Positions 56,319 to 64,000 of a stretch of DNA of 64,000 nucleotides are shown piece by piece; positions within the stretch are counted from its first letter, which is position 1, and each line of letters begins with the position of its first letter. The notes beneath the pieces are model-generated. The model was given only the letters and a program-made list of their open reading frames with translations. It was not told the origin of the DNA and did no database searches. Source of the DNA: Clostridiales bacterium (lineage in GTDB: Bacteria; Bacillota; Clostridia; Oscillospirales; Oscillospiraceae); the NCBI GenBank assembly GCA_012520395.1, contig JAAYOL010000016.1, positions 517-64,516 on the forward strand, read 5' to 3'. The position numbers and the translations under genes are program-made.

Positions 56319-57538
56319 TGAAGCTTTCCGGAAACAATGATAGAAACAAGAAAAACTCAAAGAATCCCGGTAAGGACCTGATGTCAGAGGACACACAGGT
56401 TATGAAGAAGGTCAGTGCGGAGAATGTGTCACATAAAAAAACTCCGCAGGAGCGTGCGCATATTGACGCTTTGATAGAAAATTATCAGATGAAAAAAAGG
56501 CGAAGAAGAATAATTGCGTTATCGATTGCGGTGATTATTATAGCCGCGGTTTTTATTGCGTGGAAGATTATTGTCCGCCCTCCGACGCCGATTGAACCGA
56601 CACCCACGCCGACCGCCCAGACTACGCCGGGCGTCTCTGCAAACCCTTCCGACAATCCGGTACCCACCTACACGAGAAAAAGCGGAGTCTATACCTTTGC
56701 AGTTTTGGGCGAGGACTACGAGGCGAGCCTGACGGACACAATGCTCGTCGGAACTCTCGACACGATTAGCGGCACCTTGAATATAGCAAGCCTTCCCCGC
56801 GATACGCTTGTCAACGTTTCCCGGAACTATAAGAAGCTCAACGGCCTGTATTCTCACAACGGTTTTGATATAGACAGGGCCAAGGAGGAGCTTAAAGATA
56901 TACTGGGCTTTACGGTAGACAGCTGTGTTGTCGTAGGTATTGATGCTTTTGAAAAAATAGTGGATACAATAGGAGGGGTATGGTTCGACGTACCTGTAAA
57001 CATGGATTATGACGATCCGATCCAGGATTTCCATGTTCACCTCGAAGCAGGCTACCAGCACCTCAACGGTGCCGATGCCCTTGGGGTCGTCCGTTTCAGA
57101 CAGAATAACGAGGGTTCACCCTACGGACCCGGATACCTGGGCGCGGATATTGACCGTATCGCCACGCAGCAGGCTTTCATGAAGGCGGTCGTGAAGCAGT
57201 GCCTTCAGATAGGAAATGCCACCAAGGTCAACGAGTTTGCCCAAATATGGAAAGATTATGTTAAAACTGACCTTTCGGTCGGCAACATGGTATGGTACGG
57301 TCTTGAATTTTTGAAGCTCGATAGTTCGTCCATAGATTTTATGACGCTTCCCGCCGACTATAACGACTATGCCTTCAATATGGCCTGCTGTATCATAAAG
57401 CTGGATGAATGGCTTGAGATGATTAACACAAAGCTCAGCCCATATGAAGAAGAGATTACAGAGAACGTCCTGAACGTTTTTACACGGGATGAATACGGCA
57501 ATCTTTATGCAACATCCGGTGTAACTCTGGGTGACTAA
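56318..57538 (+). CDS. LytR-CpsA-Psr (LCP) family cell-wall polymer ligase-like protein
   Basis: Basic N-terminus, one TM, a Pro/Thr-rich linker, then an LCP core (TDTMLVGTLD, SLPRDT, GADALGVVRFR). Confidence 0.85.
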   Translation: MKLSGNNDRNKKNSKNPGKDLMSEDTQVMKKVSAENVSHKKTPQERAHIDALIENYQMKKRRRRIIALSIAVIIIAAVFIAWKIIVRPPTPIEPTPTPTAQTTPGVSANPSDNPVPTYTRKSGVYTFAVLGEDYEASLTDTMLVGTLDTISGTLNIASLPRDTLVNVSRNYKKLNGLYSHNGFDIDRAKEELKDILGFTVDSCVVVGIDAFEKIVDTIGGVWFDVPVNMDYDDPIQDFHVHLEAGYQHLNGADALGVVRFRQNNEGSPYGPGYLGADIDRIATQQAFMKAVVKQCLQIGNATKVNEFAQIWKDYVKTDLSVGNMVWYGLEFLKLDSSSIDFMTLPADYNDYAFNMACCIIKLDEWLEMINTKLSPYEEEITENVLNVFTRDEYGNLYATSGVTLGD

Positions 57539-57559
57539 AATAGGAGGAACGATAAACTG

Positions 57560-57919
57560 ATGATGACACCTGCGGAATTAATGAAAATGATTGTAAAGAC
57601 CCTAGATTCCAAAAAAGCGCAGGACATTAAGGTCTTAAAGACCGAAGAGTTGACGATTTTGGCCGACTATTTCGTCATATGCACCGCCACCTCATCTACA
57701 CATGTCAAGACACTGTCCGAGGAGACCGACAAGGTTCTCAGCGAAAACGGCGAAGCGCCCCTCAGGACTGAAGGCTATCGCGGCGGCGGCTGGGTTCTTG
57801 TGGATTTCGGCAGCGTAATCGTTCATATTTTTACCGACGAGGTGCGCAAATTTTACGGGCTTGAGCGTCTTTGGGCAGATGCGGAGCAGGTTGATATATC
57901 CGCTCTCGTCACTCAATAA
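57560..57919 (+). CDS. rsfS: Ribosome silencing factor RsfS (iojap)
   Basis: ADYFVICTATSSTHVKTL...WVLVDFGSVIVHIF. 119 aa. Confidence 0.93.
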   Translation: MMTPAELMKMIVKTLDSKKAQDIKVLKTEELTILADYFVICTATSSTHVKTLSEETDKVLSENGEAPLRTEGYRGGGWVLVDFGSVIVHIFTDEVRKFYGLERLWADAEQVDISALVTQ

Positions 57920-57984
57920 GACAGGCTGGCCCCTGATAACCGGGGCATTTCCATGTTCATTTCCACCGAAAGAGATGTGTATAT

Positions 57985-60405
57985 ATGAAGTATGATTTTA
58001 GCGCCATAGAGAAGAAGTGGCAGAAGGTTTGGGATGAGAAAAAGTGCTATGCCGCAATAAACGGCGATAAAAAGCCAAAGTATTACGCTCTTATAGAGTT
58101 TCCCTACCCTTCGGGCGAAGGTCTGCATGTGGGTCACCCGCGTCCTTATACCGCCATGGACATAGTTGCCAGAAAAAGGCGTATGCAGGGCTATAATGTC
58201 CTGTTCCCCATAGGCTACGACGCTTTTGGACTGCCCACCGAAAACTATGCGATAAAGAACAAGATGCATCCGAGAGAGGTTACAAAGCGCAATATTGCCC
58301 GCTTTACCGATCAGCTGAAAATGCTTGGCTTCAGCTTCGACTGGGACAGAGTGGTAGACACCACGGATCCTGAGTACTACAAGTGGACCCAGTGGATTTT
58401 CCTCAAGCTCTTTGAAAAGGGGCTGGCATATAAGACTAAAATGCCCGTAAACTGGTGCACCTCCTGCAAGTGCGTTCTGGCAAATGAGGAGGTTGTAAAC
58501 GGTGTCTGCGAGCGTTGCAGCTGCGAGGTCGTCCGCAAGGAAAAGAGCCAGTGGATGCTAAAAATTACAGAATACGCCGAGCGTCTGATTAATGACTTGG
58601 ACGATCTAGATTTTATCGAGCGCGTTAAGATCCAGCAAAAAAACTGGATTGGCCGCTCAACTGGAGCCGAGGTGGATTTTGACACCACTTCGGGCGGAAA
58701 GCTGCGCGTATTTACAACCCGTCCCGATACGCTTTTCGGCGCTACTTATATGGTCATTTCGCCGGAGCACGAGCTGCTCAAGACCTGGCTTCCAAACCTT
58801 GAAAACAGGGAAGAGGTAATCGCATATCAGGAGGCGGCAGCTCGAAAGTCCGATTTTGAGCGCACGGAGATGGCAAAGGAAAAGACCGGTATTGAGCTCA
58901 AGGGTGTTCGTGCCATCAATCCGGTGACCGGCACCGAGATACCCATTTTTACCTCAGACTACGTGCTTGCGACATACGGAACAGGCGCTATCATGGCTGT
59001 GCCCGGCCACGACGACAGGGACTGGGAGTTTGCGAAGAAATTCGGGCTTCCGATTATTGAGGTTGTCAAGGGCGGCAATGTCGAAGAGTGTGCCTATACC
59101 GATTGCGAGACCGGCATTATGGTCAATTCCGGCTTTTTAAACGGCCTGTCCGTCGAGGATGCCAAGGTTAAAATAACACAGTGGCTCGCCGAGAAAGGCC
59201 TCGGAAGTGAAAAGGTTAACTACAAGCTGCGCGATTGGGTTTTCAGCCGACAGCGCTATTGGGGCGAACCAATTCCTCTCGTTTACTGCGAAAAATGCGG
59301 CTGGGTCCCCGTGCCTGAGAGTGAGCTGCCGGTTTTGCTCCCGGACGTCGACTCCTACGAGACAACCGACACTGGCGAATCGCCCTTGTCGCTCATGGAC
59401 GATTGGGTCAATACAAGCTGTCCGGCCTGCGGAGGGAGTGCAAAGCGTGAAACCGACACCATGCCGCAATGGGCGGGCTCATCATGGTATTTTCTGCGCT
59501 ACATGGACCCGCACAATAAAGACGCCCTTGTGGGCGAAGACGCGATAAAATACTGGAATAGAGTTGACTGGTACAACGGCGGCATGGAGCACACCACTTT
59601 GCACCTGCTGTACTCACGCTTCTGGCATAAGTTCCTCTATGACATTGGTATTGTTCCCACAGCCGAACCCTATGCCAAGCGCACGAGCCACGGCATGATA
59701 CTCGGCGAGGGTGGAGATAAGATGTCCAAGTCGAGAGGCAATGTCGTTAACCCTAACGACATAGTCGATGAGTATGGCGCCGACACACTCAGACTTTATA
59801 TTATGTTCATAGGCGACTTTGAAAAGGCCGCGCCCTGGTCTTCGACGGCGGTAAAGGGCTGCAAGCGCTTCCTTGACAGGGTCTGGAACCTTGCTGAAAA
59901 GGCTATGAACACAGCGGACGGCGAATATTCGGCCAAGAATGAGGCCTCCATCCACCGCACCATTAAAAAAGTCAGTGACGACATAGAAAACGTGAAGTTT
60001 AACACCGCCATTGCGAGCCTTATGTCGCTTGTCAATGAATTTTCCGACAAGGGCTGCACAAAGGCAGACATGAAGGCCTTGGTGAAGCTCCTGAGTCCTT
60101 TTGCGCCACACATTGCCGAGGAGCTATGGGTGATGCTTGGCGGAAAGGGTCTCTGCTGTGAGCAGCCCTGGCTCGAGTACGACGAGGCTAAGACCATAGA
60201 GGCTGAAAAAACTCTGGCGGTACAGATTAACGGCAAGCTTAGAACGACCGTAACAGTTCCGAACGACTGCGAGGACAGCGTTGTAATTAATGCGGCGCTC
60301 GAGGATGAAAAGGTAAAGAGGGCAATGGAAGGCATGAAGCTTGTAAAGACCATTGTGGTTAAGAATAAGCTGATAAATTTGATACTCAAACCGCAAAGTC
60401 CTTGA
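57985..60405 (+). CDS. leuS: Leucyl-tRNA synthetase
   Basis: 806 aa with HVGHP (HIGH) and KMSKS motifs and a CP1 editing domain. Confidence 0.98.
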   Translation: MKYDFSAIEKKWQKVWDEKKCYAAINGDKKPKYYALIEFPYPSGEGLHVGHPRPYTAMDIVARKRRMQGYNVLFPIGYDAFGLPTENYAIKNKMHPREVTKRNIARFTDQLKMLGFSFDWDRVVDTTDPEYYKWTQWIFLKLFEKGLAYKTKMPVNWCTSCKCVLANEEVVNGVCERCSCEVVRKEKSQWMLKITEYAERLINDLDDLDFIERVKIQQKNWIGRSTGAEVDFDTTSGGKLRVFTTRPDTLFGATYMVISPEHELLKTWLPNLENREEVIAYQEAAARKSDFERTEMAKEKTGIELKGVRAINPVTGTEIPIFTSDYVLATYGTGAIMAVPGHDDRDWEFAKKFGLPIIEVVKGGNVEECAYTDCETGIMVNSGFLNGLSVEDAKVKITQWLAEKGLGSEKVNYKLRDWVFSRQRYWGEPIPLVYCEKCGWVPVPESELPVLLPDVDSYETTDTGESPLSLMDDWVNTSCPACGGSAKRETDTMPQWAGSSWYFLRYMDPHNKDALVGEDAIKYWNRVDWYNGGMEHTTLHLLYSRFWHKFLYDIGIVPTAEPYAKRTSHGMILGEGGDKMSKSRGNVVNPNDIVDEYGADTLRLYIMFIGDFEKAAPWSSTAVKGCKRFLDRVWNLAEKAMNTADGEYSAKNEASIHRTIKKVSDDIENVKFNTAIASLMSLVNEFSDKGCTKADMKALVKLLSPFAPHIAEELWVMLGGKGLCCEQPWLEYDEAKTIEAEKTLAVQINGKLRTTVTVPNDCEDSVVINAALEDEKVKRAMEGMKLVKTIVVKNKLINLILKPQSP

Positions 60406-60430
60406 CATTATTTTATAATTAAATTATAAT
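60402..60430 (+). promoter_or_regulatory. Consensus sigma-A promoter for rpsU overlapping the leuS stop (TTGACA-17-TATAAT)
   Basis: TTGACA 60402-60407 (contains the leuS TGA), exact 17-nt spacer, TATAAT 60425-60430. Confidence 0.6.
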
Positions 60431-60499
60431 ATTCATGTTGAAGCCATAACGTGGCCCTTACAGCGCTGATTTTCAGCGTATTTGGAGGGAGGGAAAATT

Positions 60500-60685
60500 G
60501 TGTCGGAAGTTCGTGTGAAGGATAATGAGTCGCTGGATAGCGCACTGAAGCGTTTCAAACGTAGCTGTGCAAAGGCCGGTGTTCTTTCTGATCTCAGAAA
60601 GAAGGAGTACTATCAGAGCCCCAGCGTAAAGCGCCGCAAAAAGTCGGAGGCGGCGAGAAAAAACAAGAATAAGAAATACTATTAA
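60500..60685 (+). CDS. rpsU: 30S ribosomal protein S21
   Basis: (GTG)[27 protein letters not shown]... 61 aa. SD GGAGGGAGGG 7 nt upstream. Confidence 0.95.
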   Translation: MSEVRVKDNESLDSALKRFKRSCAKAGVLSDLRKKEYYQSPSVKRRKKSEAARKNKNKKYY

Positions 60686-60691
60686 AAAATT

Positions 60692-60726
60692 AATTCGGGT
60701 TGCCGGGAGGCGACCCGAATTTTATT
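60692..60726. terminator. Bidirectional rho-independent terminator between rpsU and the convergent unassigned gene
   Basis: 13-bp stem AATTCGGGTTGCC-GGGA-GGCGACCCGAATT. TTTTATT on the + side and an A6 run (T6 on the minus strand) on the other. Confidence 0.85.
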
Positions 60727-60729
60727 GTA

Positions 60730-61461
60730 TTATAAGTTTAACATAATATCATAGGTCTCAGAATAGAGAAACATGGCCTTATCAATTCTGAGCGAGCTGG
60801 CGATGAGAAGCTTACTCTTTATGCTCCCCACATTGTCATACAGTACAATGTGGGGCTGCTCATCCTCGAAAAAAATAAAATAATTACAGCATAGGTCATA
60901 AGAGAAGAAGGGGGTAGGGGAAACGCGTGCCTTCAGTGTTTCATACTCCTCCCGGGACAGAGGCCGGCCCTGACCGTCGGGAACCGGAGGTGTGAATACC
61001 CTGAATACCCGCTCAACGTCGAGTACAATTCGCCCCGCTCCGTATGTATTGGCCGCTTCGCTCAGACGCCTTCTGAGACTCCCGCCGGACAGGGCAGAGG
61101 ATATCAGAACCCAGGCATTTTTGAAATCGTTTCCGAGCGGCTCGGGCACTATCATACGGAGATTCTGTTCAGAAAGTGCCTTTGACAGCGACGTTAGCAA
61201 GGGCGATGCTCCGAAATTGGCGAACACCCCGCTGAAGCGTCTTTCCTTACATTCGTTTACTATTTCCGTAACCGTATGGTCGTCTGAGTGGATTTCCCCG
61301 TCGGCGCTTAATATCATATAACCGCCTTCGGTGGTGTCGGAACCCTCTGCGCGATACAGACGCGCGTCTGCGCCTATCTTGTATGCCATGTGTGCCAAAG
61401 GCTTCTTAAAGGAAAAGGCGTTCTTTATGTCCTTAGGCTCTGCCGCAATAATATATTGCAT
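60730..61461 (-). CDS. Hypothetical protein (243 aa); possible degenerate GH18-like TIM-barrel fold
   Basis: ATG 61461 preceded by GAAAGGGG. FSGVFANFG aligns by eye with the GH18 FDGVDIDFE strand but lacks the acidic residues. The C-terminal LYDNVGSIKSKLLIA resembles the GH18 terminal helix. No search was run. Confidence 0.45.
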   Translation of the reverse strand: MQYIIAAEPKDIKNAFSFKKPLAHMAYKIGADARLYRAEGSDTTEGGYMILSADGEIHSDDHTVTEIVNECKERRFSGVFANFGASPLLTSLSKALSEQNLRMIVPEPLGNDFKNAWVLISSALSGGSLRRRLSEAANTYGAGRIVLDVERVFRVFTPPVPDGQGRPLSREEYETLKARVSPTPFFSYDLCCNYFIFFEDEQPHIVLYDNVGSIKSKLLIASSLRIDKAMFLYSETYDIMLNL

Positions 61462-61629
61462 TTTAATTTGGCCCCTTTCCGATATAGGTATGATATGGTA
61501 TAATAATTGCAGAGCGATTTTAATACCTGACACATGGCCGATCCGCCTCCGGCGGGAGGCTGTAGGCCGATATGCGGCTGTCATAACTATGTATATTAGA
61601 TAAAATCAAACCTATTCCAGAGGTGGCGA

Positions 61630-62121
61630 ATGTTTACTTCACTCATTCCAAAGTTCAGCGTAAAGTCGGTTTTTGAACTCACGCCCGAGCTGTTAAAAAA
61701 GCACGGCATCAGCCTTGTATTAACCGATCTTGATAATACTTTATCCCCTTATTCGGGACAGGAACCCACTGACCAGTTGATAAAATGGAAAAATGAGCTT
61801 TTCTCGTCCTCCATAGATATTTTTATTGTATCGAACACAAAGACAGAGCGTGCAGAGCGTTTCTCCTCTCTCTGGGGGGTACCGTATATTGACGGGGCAA
61901 AGAAACCAAGTCCGGACGCCTTGACAAGGGCCATCCGCAGCATGAACAAAACGGTGCGGGAAACGCTCCTAGTAGGCGACCAGATTTTTACCGATGTTTG
62001 GGGTGCTAACCGTGCGGGCATACTTTCTGTTATAGTGGAGCCGTTAAAGCCAAATATCCTCCACACCCTGCGGTATATAGCGGAGCTGCCACTGCGGTCT
62101 TTTGCTAGAAAATTTGAGTAA
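61630..62121 (+). CDS. yqeG: YqeG-family HAD-IIIA phosphatase
   Basis: LVLTDLDNTL, IVSNT, LVGDQIFTDVWGANRAG. 163 aa. Confidence 0.88.
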   Translation: MFTSLIPKFSVKSVFELTPELLKKHGISLVLTDLDNTLSPYSGQEPTDQLIKWKNELFSSSIDIFIVSNTKTERAERFSSLWGVPYIDGAKKPSPDALTRAIRSMNKTVRETLLVGDQIFTDVWGANRAGILSVIVEPLKPNILHTLRYIAELPLRSFARKFE

Positions 62122-62134
62122 AGAAGGAATTGTT

Positions 62135-63205
62135 ATGAATCGCATTGAAAAGATAAGGTCGAAGTTCAAAGCCTACGGCATTGACGCCTTCCTTATAACC
62201 TCGCCTGAGAACCGGCGTTATGCCTCGGGCTTCCATTCCACAGACGGCGCTGTTCTCATCACAAATGAAAGCGCTTATCTGTTTGTGGACTCGCGTTATA
62301 TTGAAGCAGCCCAGAAGGCGGCCGCAGGTTATACAATTGAACTCATAGACATCCAAAATACTTATAAAAAGCGTATCTCAGAGGCGCTAAAGAGACATGG
62401 CTGCACCTCTGTGGGATTTGAAGATGCCCGATTGAGCTACGCAGAGTATATAAAATACAGCTCTGACATTATAAAGCCTCCGATGAAGCCGGCTTCGAAG
62501 CTTATAAATGAGCTGCGGCGTGTAAAGGACAGTTGGGAAATCGAAAACCTGATTGCGGCGCAGCGCATTGCGGAGCGTGCATTTGATGACATTTTAGGGA
62601 TAATTAAGCCCGGAATTACCGAGCGGGAAATAGCCGCAGAAATCACCTACCGAATGCTTAAATATGGCGGGGAGAACACCTCGTTTGACCCCATAGTGGT
62701 AACCGGAGCGAATACCAGCATGCCCCATGGCGTCCCGGGTGATGAGAGGGTGCAGAGCGGAGACTTTGTCACCATGGATTTCGGCTGCGTTTATAATGGC
62801 TACTGCTCGGACATGACGCGCACGGTCGCTATCGGCAGCGTAAGCGATGAAATGAAAAGGGTGTATGATATCGTTCTCGAAGCCCAACTGGCGGGAATAG
62901 CGGCCGCAAGAGCGGGTGTAAGGGGTAGTGAGATAGACGCCGCCGCTAGAAAGGTCATCTCGGATGCGGGCTTCGGTCAGTACTTTGGGCACGGCTTCGG
63001 TCATGGCATAGGACTTGACATTCATGAAGAGCCAAATGCAAGGCCGACATCAGAATTTGAGATGGAAGCCGGGGCTGTTATATCGGCGGAGCCCGGCGTA
63101 TATCTGCCCGGTCGTTTCGGAGTTCGAATCGAAGATGTGATAATTATCGAGGAAAATGGCTGCAAAAATATAACCTCAGCAAAAAAAGAGCTTATTATTC
63201 TTTGA
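62135..63205 (+). CDS. M24-family Xaa-Pro aminopeptidase/dipeptidase
   Basis: Creatinase-like N-domain plus the pita-bread metal ligands (DFGCVYNGYCSDMTRT, GHGFGHGIGLDIHE, EPGVY, RIED). ATG 62135 after GAAGGA. Confidence 0.88.
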   Translation: MNRIEKIRSKFKAYGIDAFLITSPENRRYASGFHSTDGAVLITNESAYLFVDSRYIEAAQKAAAGYTIELIDIQNTYKKRISEALKRHGCTSVGFEDARLSYAEYIKYSSDIIKPPMKPASKLINELRRVKDSWEIENLIAAQRIAERAFDDILGIIKPGITEREIAAEITYRMLKYGGENTSFDPIVVTGANTSMPHGVPGDERVQSGDFVTMDFGCVYNGYCSDMTRTVAIGSVSDEMKRVYDIVLEAQLAGIAAARAGVRGSEIDAAARKVISDAGFGQYFGHGFGHGIGLDIHEEPNARPTSEFEMEAGAVISAEPGVYLPGRFGVRIEDVIIIEENGCKNITSAKKELIIL

Positions 63206-63220
63206 ACTGTTACATTTTAC

Positions 63221-63249
63221 TTGCAAAATATGAGAAAATAATATAAAAT
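63221..63249 (+). promoter_or_regulatory. Sigma-A-like promoter for efp (TTGCAA-17-TAAAAT)
   Basis: TTGCAA 63221-63226, 17-nt spacer, TAAAAT 63244-63249. Confidence 0.45.
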
Positions 63250-63309
63250 GACCTGCAGAAAACATTTCCGTTGCCAATATTGGGCATATAGATACAGGAG
63301 GATATATTT

Positions 63310-63873
63310 ATGATTTCAGCCGGCGAATTCAGAAATGGCATAACCTTTGAAATGGACGGAAAGGTTATGCAGGTTCTTGAGTTTCAGCATGTAAAACCTG
63401 GAAAAGGAGCGGCCTTCGTTCGCGCTAAGATTCGAAACGTCATTACGGGAACCGTTATAGAAACATCCTTTAGCCCGACCGACAAATTCGAGAACGCATA
63501 TGTGGAGCGCAAGGACATGGAGTACAGCTACTCCGACGGCAATCTCTATTACTTTATGGACACCGAGACATTCGAGCTTGAGCCCATCGATGCCAAGCTA
63601 TTGGGCGACAGCTTCCGCTTTGTTAAAGAAAACATGGTCTGCAAGGTAATGTCATATAAGGGCAAGGTTTTCGGAGTTGAGCCACCAAACTTTGTGGAGC
63701 TGGTAGTATCAGAGACCGAGCCGGGGTTTGCAGGCAACACGGCCACTAACGTCACGAAGCCCGCGACACTTGAGACCGGCGCGGAAGTAAAAGTACCGCT
63801 TTTTATAGGCCCGGGAGACAAGATAAAAATTGATACCAGAACCGGCGAGTATCTTGAGCGCGCAAAGGGATAA
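63310..63873 (+). CDS. efp: Elongation factor P
   Basis: [18 protein letters not shown]...[16 protein letters not shown]. 187 aa. Confidence 0.97.
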   Translation: MISAGEFRNGITFEMDGKVMQVLEFQHVKPGKGAAFVRAKIRNVITGTVIETSFSPTDKFENAYVERKDMEYSYSDGNLYYFMDTETFELEPIDAKLLGDSFRFVKENMVCKVMSYKGKVFGVEPPNFVELVVSETEPGFAGNTATNVTKPATLETGAEVKVPLFIGPGDKIKIDTRTGEYLERAKG

Positions 63874-63902
63874 CCACTAAAAACTAAGGGAGGATGCTAA
63901 AA

Positions 63903-64000
63903 ATGACAGTATCTGAAAAAGCGGCATATCTGAAGGGACTGGCTGACGGTCTTGAAATCGGTAAGGACACCAAGGAAGGGAAGCTGTTCGGGGCGATTAT
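63903..64000 (+). CDS. 5' end of a CDS running off the window (unassigned; N-terminus reminiscent of CD1247-N-domain proteins found after efp in Clostridia)
   Basis: ATG 63903 about 10 nt after GGGAGG. MTVSEKAAYLKGLADGLEIGKDTKEGKLFGAI. Only 32 codons are visible. Confidence 0.4.
   Translation, partial: MTVSEKAAYLKGLADGLEIGKDTKEGKLFGAI

Noticed and set aside
57920-57984. T-box leaders upstream of leuS, and likewise upstream of lysS at 39314..39339.
   Set aside because: The spacers are only 65 nt and 26 nt, far too short for a T-box (about 200 nt or more). Both genes appear co-transcribed with the upstream gene.

Overview
This 64-kb window is an almost entirely co-directional (+ strand) block of core housekeeping genes. 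The source looks like a spore-forming Firmicute of the class Clostridia. That is an inference from gene content and order: ytfI/ytfJ-like genes next to an S11 carboxypeptidase, an IspH-S1 fusion, DUF4830, and a B. subtilis-like str, dprA-topA-trmFO, plsX-acpP-rnc-smc-ftsY and yhbY-nadD-yqeK-rsfS layout.

Content, in order:
- GT4 glycosyltransferase (-), Isf-like flavoprotein, fchA-folD, a GT-C membrane glycosyltransferase (-)
- rpoB-rpoC, L7Ae-rpsL-rpsG-fusA-tuf, carD-ispD-ispF, engB, an M50 protease
- scpA-scpB, ytfI/ytfJ-like sporulation genes, an S11 DD-carboxypeptidase, rluB
- an RpiR regulator, a BaiN-like flavoprotein, cmk-plsC-ispH::S1, DUF4830 (-), rsuA
- an orphan MsmX-like ABC ATPase, a CdaR/PucR regulator, ftsE-ftsX-M23 peptidase
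- greA-lysS, a TrmH-family methyltransferase, dprA-topA-trmFO
- plsX-acpP-rnc, a radical SAM gene, smc-ftsY, rdgB-yhbY-nadD::yqeK, an LCP protein, rsfS-leuS, rpsU
- one unassigned protein (-), yqeG, an M24 aminopeptidase, efp

I saw no rRNA, tRNA, CRISPR array, transposase, integrase, phage gene or recognisable defence or toxin gene. I do not find convincing evidence for a novel multi-gene system here; this is an ordinary core region.

Items worth a second look are local:
1. rnc lacks any canonical start codon upstream of its catalytic signature (ATT start, or an A6-run frameshift or assembly error).
2. A long greA leader carries a GC-rich hairpin.
3. A CdaR-type regulator sits 25 nt upstream of ftsEX-M23.
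4. nadD and yqeK are fused.
5. A 243-aa unassigned protein may have a degenerate GH18-like fold.
6. Several hairpins, palindromes and long spacers remain unexplained.

All family assignments come from motif recognition by eye. No database search was run.
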